Positions 26,734 through 37,350 are shown, numbered from the stretch's first letter. The stretch: 64,000 nt of DNA from Pirellulales bacterium (GCA_040901675.1 JBBDYJ010000038.1:64001-128000); one strand, 5' to 3'. The notes: generated by a model from the letters alone, not told the origin. Made by a program: numbers and translations.

Positions 26734-28320
26734 ATGTCCGTTGCCCATTTGAACGCACCCGCCGTCGATATCCATCGCGATCGTTCCCGCTCGCCCGCTC
26801 GTTGGATCGCGGCGGTCGAGATCGCGCTGATCGTCGCCGTCTTCGCCTTGCAGGCGGCCTGGCCCATCCCCGACCCCAACGAACCGCACTATCTCGGCAA
26901 GGCCAGGCATTTCTGGGACCCGCAATGGGTGCCCGACGATTTCTTCTTCAACTCGGCCGACACGCACCTGGTCTTCTATGTCAGCCTCGGCTGGCTGGCC
27001 AACTGGCTTTCACTCACGGCATTTGCCTGGACCGGCCGCTTCTGTACCTGGCTGCTCTTGGCCTGGAGCTGGCGGCGGCTCAGTTACGCGCTGCTGCCGC
27101 GGCCCGGCTGGGCCGTGCTATCCGCCGCCATCTTCCTCACGCTCAACGTCTGCTGCCACATGGCCGGCGAGTGGGTCGTCGGCGGTTTTGAGGCCAAGGG
27201 ACTGGCCTACGTGTTGGTGTTCCTCGGACTGGCCGAGATCGTCCGCGACCGCTGGAATGCGGCCTGGCTGCTGCTGGGCGCCGCCTCGTCGCTGCACGTC
27301 CTCGTGGGCGGCTGGTCCACCATCGCCGCCGCCATTTGCTGGCTGACGCTCCCCGCGCGGCCGGCGCTGCGGTCGATGCTCCCCGGCCTGGCCGGCGGCC
27401 TTCTGTTTTCGCTGCCCGGCCTGGCCGCCGCGCTGGCGATCAATTGGGGAGTCGAGTCGGAGATCGTGGCCGAGGCCAACACGCTCTACGTCTATCGCCG
27501 CCTGCGGCACCACCTGGTTCCCCAGAGCTTCGGCGCCTGGATGCTCGCCCGGCACCTGCTGATGATCCTGCTCTGGCTCGCCTTGATCCGGCTGACGCCT
27601 GTCGACCCGGCGCAGCGGCGGTTGCGAGGCATCGTGGCCGGCGCCGTCGCCATTGCCGTGTTGGGGTTCGTCATCAGCCTCGTCCTGCAGAACCACCCCA
27701 CAACCGCCGCCGCCTTGTTGCGGCTCTACTGGTTCCGTCTCTCCGACTCGCTCGTTCCGGCCGGCGTGGCCCTCACCGCCATCGTGTACGCGGCCCGCCA
27801 GCCTCATCAACGATACAAAACCGCGCGCTGGTGCGCCGGCTGGCTGGTCGTGTGCGCCGTCCTGGCGGCGGCCAACCACCACGAGTATGCAGCCGCGCGG
27901 TTTTTCGGCGGACCGCCGCGGGCCGACAAGCCGGGCAAAGTGATCGACTACGCCGACTGGCGGGCCGCCTGCGACTGGGCCGCCGAGCACACGCCGTCCG
28001 ACGCCCGCTTCCTCACGCCCCGCTTGGCGCAGACGTTCAAGTGGTATGCCGCGCGCAGCGAAGTGGTGTCGTGGAAAGACGTGCCGCAAGACGCCCGCGC
28101 CATTGTCGAATGGTGGCGGCGGCTGAACGACATCCACGGCCTGCGCGATCGGGTCGGCGGCCCGCGATGGCACGACTCGCTCGCCGAGCTCAGCGAGCAG
28201 CGGCTCCGCCGGCTGGGCCGCGCGTACCGGGCCGGGTACCTGCTCACCGAATCCCGGCCGCGTCTCGATCTGCCGCGCCTCTATCACAATGCCTCTTATG
28301 CGATCTACCGTGTGGAATGA
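26734..28320 (+). CDS. Multi-pass membrane protein (DUF6798-like)
   Basis: PDPNEPHYL, GGFEAK, many TMs, C-terminal TFKWYAARSEVVSWKDVP. Confidence 0.65.
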   Translation: MSVAHLNAPAVDIHRDRSRSPARWIAAVEIALIVAVFALQAAWPIPDPNEPHYLGKARHFWDPQWVPDDFFFNSADTHLVFYVSLGWLANWLSLTAFAWTGRFCTWLLLAWSWRRLSYALLPRPGWAVLSAAIFLTLNVCCHMAGEWVVGGFEAKGLAYVLVFLGLAEIVRDRWNAAWLLLGAASSLHVLVGGWSTIAAAICWLTLPARPALRSMLPGLAGGLLFSLPGLAAALAINWGVESEIVAEANTLYVYRRLRHHLVPQSFGAWMLARHLLMILLWLALIRLTPVDPAQRRLRGIVAGAVAIAVLGFVISLVLQNHPTTAAALLRLYWFRLSDSLVPAGVALTAIVYAARQPHQRYKTARWCAGWLVVCAVLAAANHHEYAAARFFGGPPRADKPGKVIDYADWRAACDWAAEHTPSDARFLTPRLAQTFKWYAARSEVVSWKDVPQDARAIVEWWRRLNDIHGLRDRVGGPRWHDSLAELSEQRLRRLGRAYRAGYLLTESRPRLDLPRLYHNASYAIYRVE

Positions 28321-28958
28321 ACGGCGATTTTCCTGAACGCTTGCGGGCGCGGCTGCAGTCCAACCTGCCCGGCCGCGCCGCCCAGCGGCTCTTCGAGCCC
28401 GACCTCAGCTACGGCCGCCATTTCGGCCCGCCCACGGCGCACTCGCGGGCGGCCGCCGTCCTGGTGCTCTTATATCCGGCCCAGCACGGCTGGCACTTGC
28501 CGCTGACGGTCCGTCCGGCAACGATGGCCACGCACGCCGGCCAGATCAGCTTGCCCGGCGGCATGATCGAGCCCGGCGAAACGCCGGACCAGGCCGCGCT
28601 GCGCGAGCTCGCCGAAGAGCTCGGCGTCACGGCCGGCGAGGTTGACGTCCTCGGTCAGCTCTCGCCCCTCTACTTGTTCGCCAGCGACTTCATGGTCAAC
28701 CCCTGGGTCGCCGCGGCGGCCCGGCGGCCCGCTTGGGTGATCAATCCCACTGAAGTGGCCGAGTTGCTCGAGGTGCCACTCGTTCATCTCTTCGATCCCG
28801 CCAATGCCGGCCGTCACGCCCGCCGGCATCGCGGCATCGACTTCACCGCCCCCCATTTCCTTTGGGGCCGCCATCGTATCTGGGGCGCCACCAGCATGAT
28901 CCTCTCCGAGCTCCGCGAGCTCGGAAAGGAGGAAGGAGGAAGGAGGAAGGAGGAGTAA
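28317..28958 (+). CDS. Nudix hydrolase (CoA pyrophosphatase type)
   Basis: AAVLVLL, HAGQISLPGG, AALRELAEELG, IWGATS. Confidence 0.9.
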   Translation: MNGDFPERLRARLQSNLPGRAAQRLFEPDLSYGRHFGPPTAHSRAAAVLVLLYPAQHGWHLPLTVRPATMATHAGQISLPGGMIEPGETPDQAALRELAEELGVTAGEVDVLGQLSPLYLFASDFMVNPWVAAAARRPAWVINPTEVAELLEVPLVHLFDPANAGRHARRHRGIDFTAPHFLWGRHRIWGATSMILSELRELGKEEGGRRKEE

Positions 28959-29118
28959 GGCGCGGGTGCCTGGGTCAAAGTCCCGGCGCGCCGGAATGCC
29001 CCAGTCTTCGTTCGTATCCTCCCGCGTTCGCCTTGCCCCCTGCTGCAAGTCCGCCTCTGGAGGATCACCTTGTCCCCTGGTCGATTCCTCCTTCCTCCTT
29101 CCTCCTTCTGCCTTCCCA

Positions 29119-29337
29119 TCACCCCATGTCAACTTCCACCGGGATGCTTACACCGTCCTTGCGTTGTTTCTCGGACAGAAAATTCAGCCGTTCGAAGCCG
29201 ATCACATTGCCGCGGCGGTCCTTTACCAGGACCACGTCGTCGTCGGATTCCTCGCAAACATGTTCCTTCTTCGGATCGTCGAACCACACGCTGAGCGTAT
29301 TGCCCTTGCGGTCGAAATGGAGTCTCAACTTGTCCAT
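29119..29337 (-). CDS. DUF2283 family small protein (antitoxin-like)
   Basis: FDRKGNTLSVWF...VKDRRGNVIGFERLN. Confidence 0.75.
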   Translation of the reverse strand: MDKLRLHFDRKGNTLSVWFDDPKKEHVCEESDDDVVLVKDRRGNVIGFERLNFLSEKQRKDGVSIPVEVDMG

Positions 29338-29628
29338 AGTTCCTTGCCTTTCTTGATGCCTTAACATCATTATCCGCGATTTGGCTCGATGTCGAGGTGC
29401 TCATTCAACTTGGTCGTTTGACCAGCCACTATTCAGACCCAGGCCTGCATTTTTTCGGACAGAACCGCTCCAAGGCCCACGACTTCCGGCCCTTGTCAGG
29501 CGACCACGATCTCCGTAGAGTGAACACTTGGTCCCACTCGGCCCCTCCGTCGTCATTCTTATTCTGCCTTCTGCCTTCGTCCTTCTGCCTTTATTCCTCC
29601 TTCCTCCTTCGTCCTTCTGCCTTCCCCG

Positions 29629-30285
29629 ATGCATGCTGTCGTCTTCGATCTCGACGGCCTCCTGTTCAACACCGAGGAGTTGTACCAGGAAGTCGGCACC
29701 GAGTTGTTGCGGAGGCGGGGCTGCACGTTCGAGGCGGAGTTGCTCAACGCCGTCATGGGCCGGCCCGGCAGCGTGGCCCTGCAGATGATGATCGATCATC
29801 ACCGGCTGGACGACACGGTCGAGGTCCTGGCCGCCGAGACCGCGGAGATCTTTCCGGCCATCCTCGACGCCCGACTGCGGCTCATGCCGGGCGCCGGCGA
29901 GCTGCTGGCGGCCCTGCAGCAAGCCGACATTCCCCGCGCGATCGCCACCAGCAGCGGCCGGCGTTTCCTCGACAACGTGTTGGCGCGCGTCGATCTGGCC
30001 GGCGCCTTCCACTTCTCCCTCACGTCCGAGGACGTCCAGCGCGGCAAGCCGGACCCCGAGATTTACCTTCTGGCGGCGGCCCGCTTCGGCATCGAGCCCG
30101 GCCGGATGCTCGTCCTGGAAGACAGTCAGAACGGCTGTCGCGCCGCCGTGGCCGCCGGCGCCATTGCCGTGGCCGTCCCCGCCGGCCACAGCCGCACCCA
30201 CGATTTCACCGGCGCCGCCCTCGTCGCCGACACTCTGGCCGACCCCCGCATCTACCACCTGCTCGGCCTGAAGGCAGCTACGTAG
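29629..30285 (+). CDS. HAD-superfamily phosphatase
   Basis: FDLDGLL, ATSS, GKPDPEIY, LEDSQNG. Confidence 0.9.
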   Translation: MHAVVFDLDGLLFNTEELYQEVGTELLRRRGCTFEAELLNAVMGRPGSVALQMMIDHHRLDDTVEVLAAETAEIFPAILDARLRLMPGAGELLAALQQADIPRAIATSSGRRFLDNVLARVDLAGAFHFSLTSEDVQRGKPDPEIYLLAAARFGIEPGRMLVLEDSQNGCRAAVAAGAIAVAVPAGHSRTHDFTGAALVADTLADPRIYHLLGLKAAT

Positions 30286-30516
30286 AACGGAATTCATTCC
30301 GTTTCCTTTGGTTGCCCCTGCCGGGCTGTCGCACTGCTAGCACTGTCCGCGATGCTATCACGTCACCCGATGCCTGCACCCTCGCACTTCCTATCCCCTT
30401 GTCGCCTTATCGATTCCTCCTTCCTCCTTCGTCCTTCTGCCTTCGTCCTTCTGCCCCCCTTCCCCCGCTCCCCCCTTCCCCCCTTCCTCAGCGGCGGCCG
30501 AAGGCCGACGCTCGTC

Positions 30517-30546
30517 TTGACCCTCCAACGGCGCCGGTGCTAGACT
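30517..30546 (+). promoter_or_regulatory. Sigma70-type promoter of the glycan operon
   Basis: TTGACC-N18-TAGACT with TG extension. Confidence 0.45.
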
Positions 30547-30622
30547 CGCCCCCGGCTGGGCCAACGAATGGCACGCCGGCAAGGATGTTCCTTCCACTCA
30601 TGATGGATCGCGAGATACGCGG

Positions 30623-31369
30623 ATGGCTTTAACGCTGGGGATCGTGCAGGTTTGTTCCGGGCCGAGAGCCAAGGGCGCCGCCGCCCGCAAGCTCGGCAGC
30701 CATTCGCTCGTCGAGCTCGTCGTCCGCCGCGTCACCGACTGCCAGCGCCTCGACCAGGTACTCGTCGTCGCCGACGAAGGCCTCGACCACAGCCGCCTCG
30801 CCGAGCTCGTCCCTCCCGACGTCCCCATCCATTCCAGCAGCCGGCCCGACATGCTCGGCCGCTTCGCCTCGGCCGTCGCCATCACCCACGCCTCGGCGGT
30901 CGTCCGCGTCTGTGCCGACAACCCCTTCGTCGAGCCCATGTTCATCGACCGCCTCGTCAGCACCGCCGACGCCCACCCCGAGTGCGACTACATCAGCTAC
31001 TGCTCCGCCGACGGCCGGCCCACCATCCTCTCCGCCCTGGGAGTGTTCGCGGAGTGGTGCCGGGCCGGCGCCCTCCTCCAAGCCGACCGCGAGGCCTCCG
31101 CCCCCGCCGACCGCGAGCAGGTCACCCGCTACCTCTACTCGCACCCCGAGAAGTTTCAGTTGCGGTTCATCCCGGTTCCGCCCGAGTTGGACCGCGACGA
31201 CATGCGGCTCACCGTCGACAGCGAGGAAGACTGGGAGCACGCCCAGACCATTTACGACGCCCTCGGTTTCGAAGGACTCGACTGGCAACGTATTGCCGGT
31301 TTGCTGCGGCGGCAGCCGGCATTGCGGCAGCGGATGGCCGTGCTGAACCGAAAGCACGCCCAGGCCTGA
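30623..31369 (+). CDS. SpsF-like cytidylyltransferase family protein
   Basis: DMLGRF, VVRVCADNPF, REQVTRYLY, RLTVDSEED. Confidence 0.8.
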   Translation: MALTLGIVQVCSGPRAKGAAARKLGSHSLVELVVRRVTDCQRLDQVLVVADEGLDHSRLAELVPPDVPIHSSSRPDMLGRFASAVAITHASAVVRVCADNPFVEPMFIDRLVSTADAHPECDYISYCSADGRPTILSALGVFAEWCRAGALLQADREASAPADREQVTRYLYSHPEKFQLRFIPVPPELDRDDMRLTVDSEEDWEHAQTIYDALGFEGLDWQRIAGLLRRQPALRQRMAVLNRKHAQA

Positions 31370-31415
31370 TTGCTCGCCGCGCGGCAGCGGCCCGCGCGGT
31401 TGGAAAGGATTCCGC

Positions 31416-32468
31416 GTGAGCGCCAAAACCATCTGCCTCGCCGGCGGCCGAACGATCGGACCCGGCGCCCCGGTGCTGGTCGTGGCCGAGATCGGGCAGA
31501 ACCACAACGGCAGCCTCGCCATCGCCGAGCAGTTGATCGACGCCGCCGCCTGGGCCGGCGCCGACGCCGTCAAGTTCGTCAAGCGCGATCTGGCCAGCGA
31601 GCTCTGCCGCGAGGCCAGCCGCCGACCCTACACCGGCCGCCACGCCTTCGGCTCCACCTACGGTGAGCACCGACGCGCCTTGGAGCTCTCCGCCGAAGAC
31701 CACGCACGCTTGTGCCGCCGCGCCCGCGGCCTCGGACTCATCTACCTCGCCACCGCCTGCGACCTGCCCAGCGCCCGCTTGCTGGAGACCCTGTCCGTCG
31801 AGGCCTTCAAAGTCGCTTCCCGCGACCTGGCCAATCTGCCGCTCCTGGAGTACGTCGCCAGCCGCGGCCGTCCGGTCTTCCTCTCCACCGGCATGTCGGC
31901 CTGGCCCGAGATCGACGAAGCCGTCGCCGTCCTCACCCGGCACGCCGCCCCCTTCATCCTGCTGCAATGCACTTCGCTCTACCCCACTCCCGACGAGCAC
32001 GTTCACCTGGCCAGCCTGCCCGCCCTGGCCGCCCGCTACGGCGTGCCCGCCGGTTTCTCCGACCACTCGCTGGGCGGCCTGCTCCCCGCGGTGGCGGTCG
32101 GCCTCGGCGCCGTGCTCATCGAGAAGCATCTCTCGCTCGACCGCAACATGAAGGGCACCGATCACGCCTGCTCGCTCGAGCCCGACGAGTTCCAGCGCAT
32201 GGTGGCCGGCGTCCGCCGCGTCGAGCGGGCCATGGGCCGGGCCGACAAGCCGTTGGCCCCTGGCGTCGACCGCATCCGCGTCAAGCTCGGCCGCAGCCTG
32301 GTCACGCGCATCGACCTGCCCGCGGGCACGCAACTGGAGGAGCCGATGCTCACGCTCAAGTCGCCCGGCGACGGCCTCTCCTGGCTCGACCGCCGCCTTG
32401 TCCTCGGCCGCCGCTTGAAGCGCAGCATCCCCGCCGACGAAAAGCTTTCCATGGACGACCTGGTATGA
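31416..32468 (+). CDS. N-acetylneuraminate synthase family (NeuB/SpsE) with SAF domain
   Basis: VAEIGQNHNG, GADAVKF, KVASRD, LSTGM, CTSLYP, GFSDH, IEKH, GTDH. Confidence 0.92.
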   Translation: MSAKTICLAGGRTIGPGAPVLVVAEIGQNHNGSLAIAEQLIDAAAWAGADAVKFVKRDLASELCREASRRPYTGRHAFGSTYGEHRRALELSAEDHARLCRRARGLGLIYLATACDLPSARLLETLSVEAFKVASRDLANLPLLEYVASRGRPVFLSTGMSAWPEIDEAVAVLTRHAAPFILLQCTSLYPTPDEHVHLASLPALAARYGVPAGFSDHSLGGLLPAVAVGLGAVLIEKHLSLDRNMKGTDHACSLEPDEFQRMVAGVRRVERAMGRADKPLAPGVDRIRVKLGRSLVTRIDLPAGTQLEEPMLTLKSPGDGLSWLDRRLVLGRRLKRSIPADEKLSMDDLV

Positions 32469-33376
32469 CCAACAACCGCCCCCTAAGTAGCAGGCACACT
32501 CCGTGTGCCGTCCGCTCCGAGAGTCCACCGCAGGCGCATCGCCTTGTCCCCGTGTCCCCTTGTCCCCTTGTCGATCCTCCCCTCGGGTGGCTGGGGCAAA
32601 GCGTCAGCGTGCCCCAGTCTTCGTCCGTATCCCCCCGCGTTCGCCTTGTCCCCATGTCCCCTTGTCCCCTTGTCCTCCCCCTCCGCGGTCTCCTCTTCGA
32701 CATGGGAGACGTCCTCTACGACGCCACCGCCTGGCGCCGCTGGCTCGTCAAGCTGCTGGCACGCATGGGCCTGCAAACCCACTACCGCGGCTTCTACCAG
32801 GTCTGGGACCACGACTATCTCGACGAGGTCCATCGCGGCCGCCGCGACTATCACGAGGCCTTTCGCACTTTCCTCCGCTCCGCCGGCCTTTCCCCCGGAC
32901 AGATTGACGAGGTCGAGGCCGCCAGCCACGCCCGCAAGCGCGAGCTGGAAACCGACGCCCGCCCCTTGCCCGGAGTGCGGGCCACGCTCAAGCTGCTGTC
33001 CGAGGCTGGCCTGGTCTTGGCCGTGCTCAGCGACTCCGAGAGTCCCGCCGACCAGCTCCGTCAGCGCCTCGCCCGGCTCGGACTGGCCCAGTATTTCGGA
33101 CCGGTCATTTCGTCCGTCGAGATGGGCCGCACCAAGCCCGACCCCTTCTGTTACCGCTCGGCCTTGGCGGCCATGAACCTGCCGGCCGAGCAGGTGGCCT
33201 TCGTCGGCCACGACGCCGGCGAGCTGCGGGGCGCCCGCCGTGCCGCCTTGCGGACCATCGCCTTCAACTTCGATCCCGAGGCCGTCGCCGACTGTTACCT
33301 CGACCGCTTCGAGCAACTGCTCCCGCTCGTATCGAACCGCCACCTGCAGGCGGCGAGTTACCAGGGGGCGGCCTAG
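32465..33376 (+). CDS. HAD-superfamily hydrolase with repeat-derived N-terminal extension
   Basis: ATGA overlap with NeuB; LLFDMGDVLYD, TKPDP, FVGHD; first ~70 codons encoded by repeat elements. Confidence 0.8.
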   Translation: MTNNRPLSSRHTPCAVRSESPPQAHRLVPVSPCPLVDPPLGWLGQSVSVPQSSSVSPRVRLVPMSPCPLVLPLRGLLFDMGDVLYDATAWRRWLVKLLARMGLQTHYRGFYQVWDHDYLDEVHRGRRDYHEAFRTFLRSAGLSPGQIDEVEAASHARKRELETDARPLPGVRATLKLLSEAGLVLAVLSDSESPADQLRQRLARLGLAQYFGPVISSVEMGRTKPDPFCYRSALAAMNLPAEQVAFVGHDAGELRGARRAALRTIAFNFDPEAVADCYLDRFEQLLPLVSNRHLQAASYQGAA

Positions 33377-33415
33377 GTGCAGGTCTTCGCCCGCCATGCT
33401 CTCGTCCTAAGGAGC

Positions 33416-35491
33416 ATGCATCCTCCGCATGCCGTCCGCTCGCCTGGTAGCAGGCATACTCCGTATGCCGTCAGCCCGTCTACTCCGTATGCCGTCAGCC
33501 CGTTTAGTAGCAGGCACACTCCGTATGCCGTCAGCCCCCTCGCCTCATCGCCTCCTCGCCCCCTCCTATTACTGGAGGGCTCCTGGCCCGCGGCCCCGAC
33601 CGACGGCGCGTGCTGGAGTCTCGACGACTCGATCGACCATCGCATCGACTCGATCGACGCTGCGGCCGTCGACCTGGCCACCCGCGCCGCCGGCCCCGCA
33701 TCGCCGCTCTTCGGCCCCGTCGCGGCCCTGGCCGACCTCCACTCGCTGTCGCTGCGTTACTACCTGGCCCGCCTGCTGCGCGTGATCGCGTTCTTCGACC
33801 ACGTCCACGCGCCCGCCGTCGGCGAAGCGATCGACCTCTACCTTGCCTCCCGCGGCGACGAGGACTACCACGACCTGTTCACCGAGCTGGCTCGCCGCCA
33901 CGGCTGGCGTCTCACCGTGTACTGGCACGAGTCCTCCGCTCCGCTTCCCCGGCGCGCTCGCCGTCCAAGCCGTTGGCGGCGTTGGGCGGCCGCAGCCGCT
34001 GATCGCCTCACCCCCCGAGTGCCGCCGCCGGCTTGCCCAGCAGTGTCCTCCGCCGATCAGGCTCCCCGTGTCATCCTTTGCGGCAGTCCGCGCGTGCTCG
34101 ATCCGATCTGTGCCGAGCTCGTGGCCCGCGGCTGTCAGATCTGGTGGTTATACGAGCAGTTTGCCGTCCGCTGTTGGTGGCGTTGGCGTCGTGCCGGCGT
34201 CCGCCAACTGACCTTGGCCCCTTCCCCCATCGCCGCCCTCCCCAGCGACGAGGCCCTCCCCCGCGGCCTCCTCACGTATCATCAAATCGACCTCACCTCA
34301 TCCATCGCCCGCTTCCTCCACCGCCGCCCCGGGTGGCTGGGGCAAAGCGTCAGCGTGCCCCAGTCTTCGTCCGTATCCCCCCGCGTTCCCCCTGTCCCCT
34401 GCTGCAAGTCCGCCTCTGGAGGATCGCCTTGTCCGCTTGTCGATTCTTCCTCCCTCCTAATCCTCGACGAAGACTGCACCCCCTTGAAGCGTGCGGCGAT
34501 TGCATTTGCCCGTTCGCACGGCATCAAGTCGGTGGTTGTCCAGCACGGTGCTCCGTGCGTGCGGTTCGGTTTTGCTCCGTTGCACGCCGACGTGTTTTAT
34601 GCTTGGGGCGAGTCATCTCGGCGGCAGCTTGAGGCCTGGCAGGTCCCTTCCGAGCGGATCGTCGTCACCGGCGCGCCGGGAAAGGGGGAAGGGGGAGAGG
34701 GCGACAAGGCGACAAGGCGACAAGGTGACAAGGCGACGAAGACCAAAGTACCAAGTACCAAGATCCAAGAACCAAGTCCCAAGATCCAACTAGCAACCAG
34801 CAACCAGCAACCAGCAACTTCCCAGATTCTCCTCCTTGCCACCGTTCCGCCGTCCGACCACCGGCCCGACTCGGTCGCCTTTCATCTCACCCGCCGCACG
34901 CACCGCCGGATGATCGAGATCGCCTTTGCCGCCGTGGCCCGCCTGCCGCGTGCCCGGCTCATCGTCAAGCTTCATCCGCGCTCTGTCGACGACTCCGACT
35001 TCCGCGCCGTGATGGCCCGCTTCCCCGCCCTTGATGTCCGGCTGGTCCGTCACGCCGACTGCCGCACCCTCGTCCACGATGCCGACTGTGTTCTGAGTTG
35101 TGCTTCCACGGCTGGCATCGAGGCGGCCTGGTCCGGCGCCCCGGTGATCCAGCTCTTGCCTCTCGGCTCTGCCGACATCCTGCCCGCCCATCGCTGGGGC
35201 CTGTTGGGCACGGCCCGCGAGCAGGCCGAGCTCGACGTCTTGCTCGCGCGCGCCCTCTCCGGCGCCGCTGCCCCCGTCCGCCCTCGTGAGCCCATCTTCG
35301 CCGCCACCGGCCCCACCGCCGCCCGTCTTATCGTCGACCATCTCCTCTCGAACAGGCCGGAGACCGTCGGGTGGCTGGGGCAAAAGTCCCGGCGCGCCGG
35401 GATGCCCCAGTCGTCGTCCGTCCATGATCCGCTTGCTCCAGCCTCGAGTCTCCAGCCTCACGTTGTGTCCGAAAGAGAGCTTGTGCTTTGA
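33416..35491 (+). CDS. Putative GT-B-like surface polysaccharide protein with in-frame repeat insertions
   Basis: TAAGGAG RBS; VVQHG, YAWGE, IVVTGAP, IVKLHPR, STAGIEAA. Confidence 0.6.
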   Translation: MHPPHAVRSPGSRHTPYAVSPSTPYAVSPFSSRHTPYAVSPLASSPPRPLLLLEGSWPAAPTDGACWSLDDSIDHRIDSIDAAAVDLATRAAGPASPLFGPVAALADLHSLSLRYYLARLLRVIAFFDHVHAPAVGEAIDLYLASRGDEDYHDLFTELARRHGWRLTVYWHESSAPLPRRARRPSRWRRWAAAAADRLTPRVPPPACPAVSSADQAPRVILCGSPRVLDPICAELVARGCQIWWLYEQFAVRCWWRWRRAGVRQLTLAPSPIAALPSDEALPRGLLTYHQIDLTSSIARFLHRRPGWLGQSVSVPQSSSVSPRVPPVPCCKSASGGSPCPLVDSSSLLILDEDCTPLKRAAIAFARSHGIKSVVVQHGAPCVRFGFAPLHADVFYAWGESSRRQLEAWQVPSERIVVTGAPGKGEGGEGDKATRRQGDKATKTKVPSTKIQEPSPKIQLATSNQQPATSQILLLATVPPSDHRPDSVAFHLTRRTHRRMIEIAFAAVARLPRARLIVKLHPRSVDDSDFRAVMARFPALDVRLVRHADCRTLVHDADCVLSCASTAGIEAAWSGAPVIQLLPLGSADILPAHRWGLLGTAREQAELDVLLARALSGAAAPVRPREPIFAATGPTAARLIVDHLLSNRPETVGWLGQKSRRAGMPQSSSVHDPLAPASSLQPHVVSERELVL

Positions 35492-37140
35492 CCTTTCTTT
35501 CCAGTCCCATTCATCCTTCAGCCTGTCCCCCAACTGCGCCCCCCGCGGATCCCCTTGTCGCCTTGTCGCCTTGTCCCCTTGTCGCCTCGTCGCCTTGTCG
35601 CCCCGTCCCCCCTTCACCCCTTCCCCCCTTCCCCTCATCGGTCCTCGCCCCTTCCCCCGCTCCCGCTTCCGGCTGGCGACGCATGCTCGGCGACTCACTC
35701 CTCGTCAGCTCGTCCACCCTCTTCTGCCAGGCCCTGGCCGCCGCCACCAGCCTGCTGCTCCGCTTCGCGCTCTCGCCCGCCCAGATGGGAGTCTGGCAGG
35801 CCCTCAAGCTCTTCCTCGGCTATGCCAACTACGCCAACCTCGGCATCAGCAAGGGCGCCACCCGCGAGCTCTCCGTCGCACTGGGCCGCGGCGACGGCGC
35901 CTCCGCCTACCGCGGCCTCAACCTCGCCTTCACCGTCAACACGCTCAGCAGCCTCGTCTACGCCGCCGCACTGGCCGCCTGGGGACTCTCGCTGGCCATC
36001 TCCTCCGGCCGGCTCTGGACCAACCCATGGGCCCTCGGCCTTTTGGCTCTGGCCATCTTCGTCGTGATCCAGCGCCACGTCACTTTCCTCATCACCATCC
36101 TCCGCTGCCGCCAGCAGTTCGCCCTCACCGCCCGCCTCTCCCTGATCGAGGCCCTGCTCACCCTGGCCCTCGTCGGCGCCGCCACCTGGCTGGCCGGCCT
36201 CAACGGCCTCTACGGCGGGACACTGGCCGTCCTGCTCGCCTCCTGGTTCTACCTCCGGCAGCGCGGCGGCTGCTCGCTCGCCTGGGCCTGGAACTTCCCG
36301 GAGATCAGGCGGCTGATCGGCCTGGGCGGACCGATCCTCCTCTCCGGGGCGGCCGCCACCTTGTTTCAATCGCTCGACAAGCTCATGATCCTCGCCTCGA
36401 TGAGCGACCGCGAGTACCAGCTCGGCTGCTATTCGCTGGCCCTGCTGGTCGGCGGCCAGCTCTTCGGCTTCGCCAACATGCTCTCGATCGTCATGGGCCC
36501 CCGCTACAGCGAGCTGTTCGGCCGTTGCGGCCGCCGGACCGAGGTCGCCCGCCTGGCCGCCCGTGCCAGCGAGCTGCAGGCCGCCGCCCTCGCCTTGCCC
36601 AGCGGCCTGGCCCTGGTGGCCGTCGCCCCGCTGCTCGGCCGCTTGCTCCCCGACTACCGCCCCGGCGTCGCGCCGGCCATGTGGCTCATCCCCGGCGCGG
36701 TCGCCATGGGTCTCAGCCTGCCGGCCAACCAGTACCTGGTGGCGGTCTACCGCGAGCGCTCCGTCCTGGCCAGCCTCTTGGCCGCCTGCGGCCTTGCCGC
36801 CTTGGCCAACCACCTCGCGCTGACCGCCGGCCACGGCCTGGTCGGTGTAGCGCTGGCCACTTCGTTCGCCTACCTGGTCTACCTGGTCTTGATGCTGGCG
36901 ATTTCCCTTTGGCCCGAGCTCAGCGCCCCCGAACGCCGCCGTTATCTCGGCAGCCTGGCCGTGGCCTTGATACCCACCTGGTCCGTCGCCCTCTTGGTTC
37001 ACCTCATCTGGCCCGCCGCCGGCTGGCGGTCCTCCCTTTTGAAGGCCTTGGCCGTCACAGCCGCCTGGGCATTAACCGCCTCCTACGGCTGGCTCCACGG
37101 CGGCTGGAAACAAGCCTGGCGCCAAGGAGGGAGGAGTTAG
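35488..37140 (+). CDS. Polysaccharide flippase (Wzx/MOP family); core may start at ATG 35683
   Basis: 12+ TMs, LSPAQMGVW, LDKLMI, LGCYSLA. Confidence 0.8.
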   Translation: MTFLSSPIHPSACPPTAPPADPLVALSPCPLVASSPCRPVPPSPLPPFPSSVLAPSPAPASGWRRMLGDSLLVSSSTLFCQALAAATSLLLRFALSPAQMGVWQALKLFLGYANYANLGISKGATRELSVALGRGDGASAYRGLNLAFTVNTLSSLVYAAALAAWGLSLAISSGRLWTNPWALGLLALAIFVVIQRHVTFLITILRCRQQFALTARLSLIEALLTLALVGAATWLAGLNGLYGGTLAVLLASWFYLRQRGGCSLAWAWNFPEIRRLIGLGGPILLSGAAATLFQSLDKLMILASMSDREYQLGCYSLALLVGGQLFGFANMLSIVMGPRYSELFGRCGRRTEVARLAARASELQAAALALPSGLALVAVAPLLGRLLPDYRPGVAPAMWLIPGAVAMGLSLPANQYLVAVYRERSVLASLLAACGLAALANHLALTAGHGLVGVALATSFAYLVYLVLMLAISLWPELSAPERRRYLGSLAVALIPTWSVALLVHLIWPAAGWRSSLLKALAVTAAWALTASYGWLHGGWKQAWRQGGRS

Positions 37141-37350
37141 TGGCTAGTGGTCAGTGGTCAGTGATTCCGCCTGCGGCGGCTCACCTTGTCGTGCTTCTTC
37201 CCTTGCCCCGAAGGGGCTGCAACATATCAGCCCAGGGCAACGCCCTGGGGAACCGAACGACCAAAACAGTTTTCCTAGACCGATGTCTCAGCATCGGTCC
37301 TTATTTTTCTTCCGGTCCGCTGGCCGGAGATCGCAACGGACGGAGGAAGG

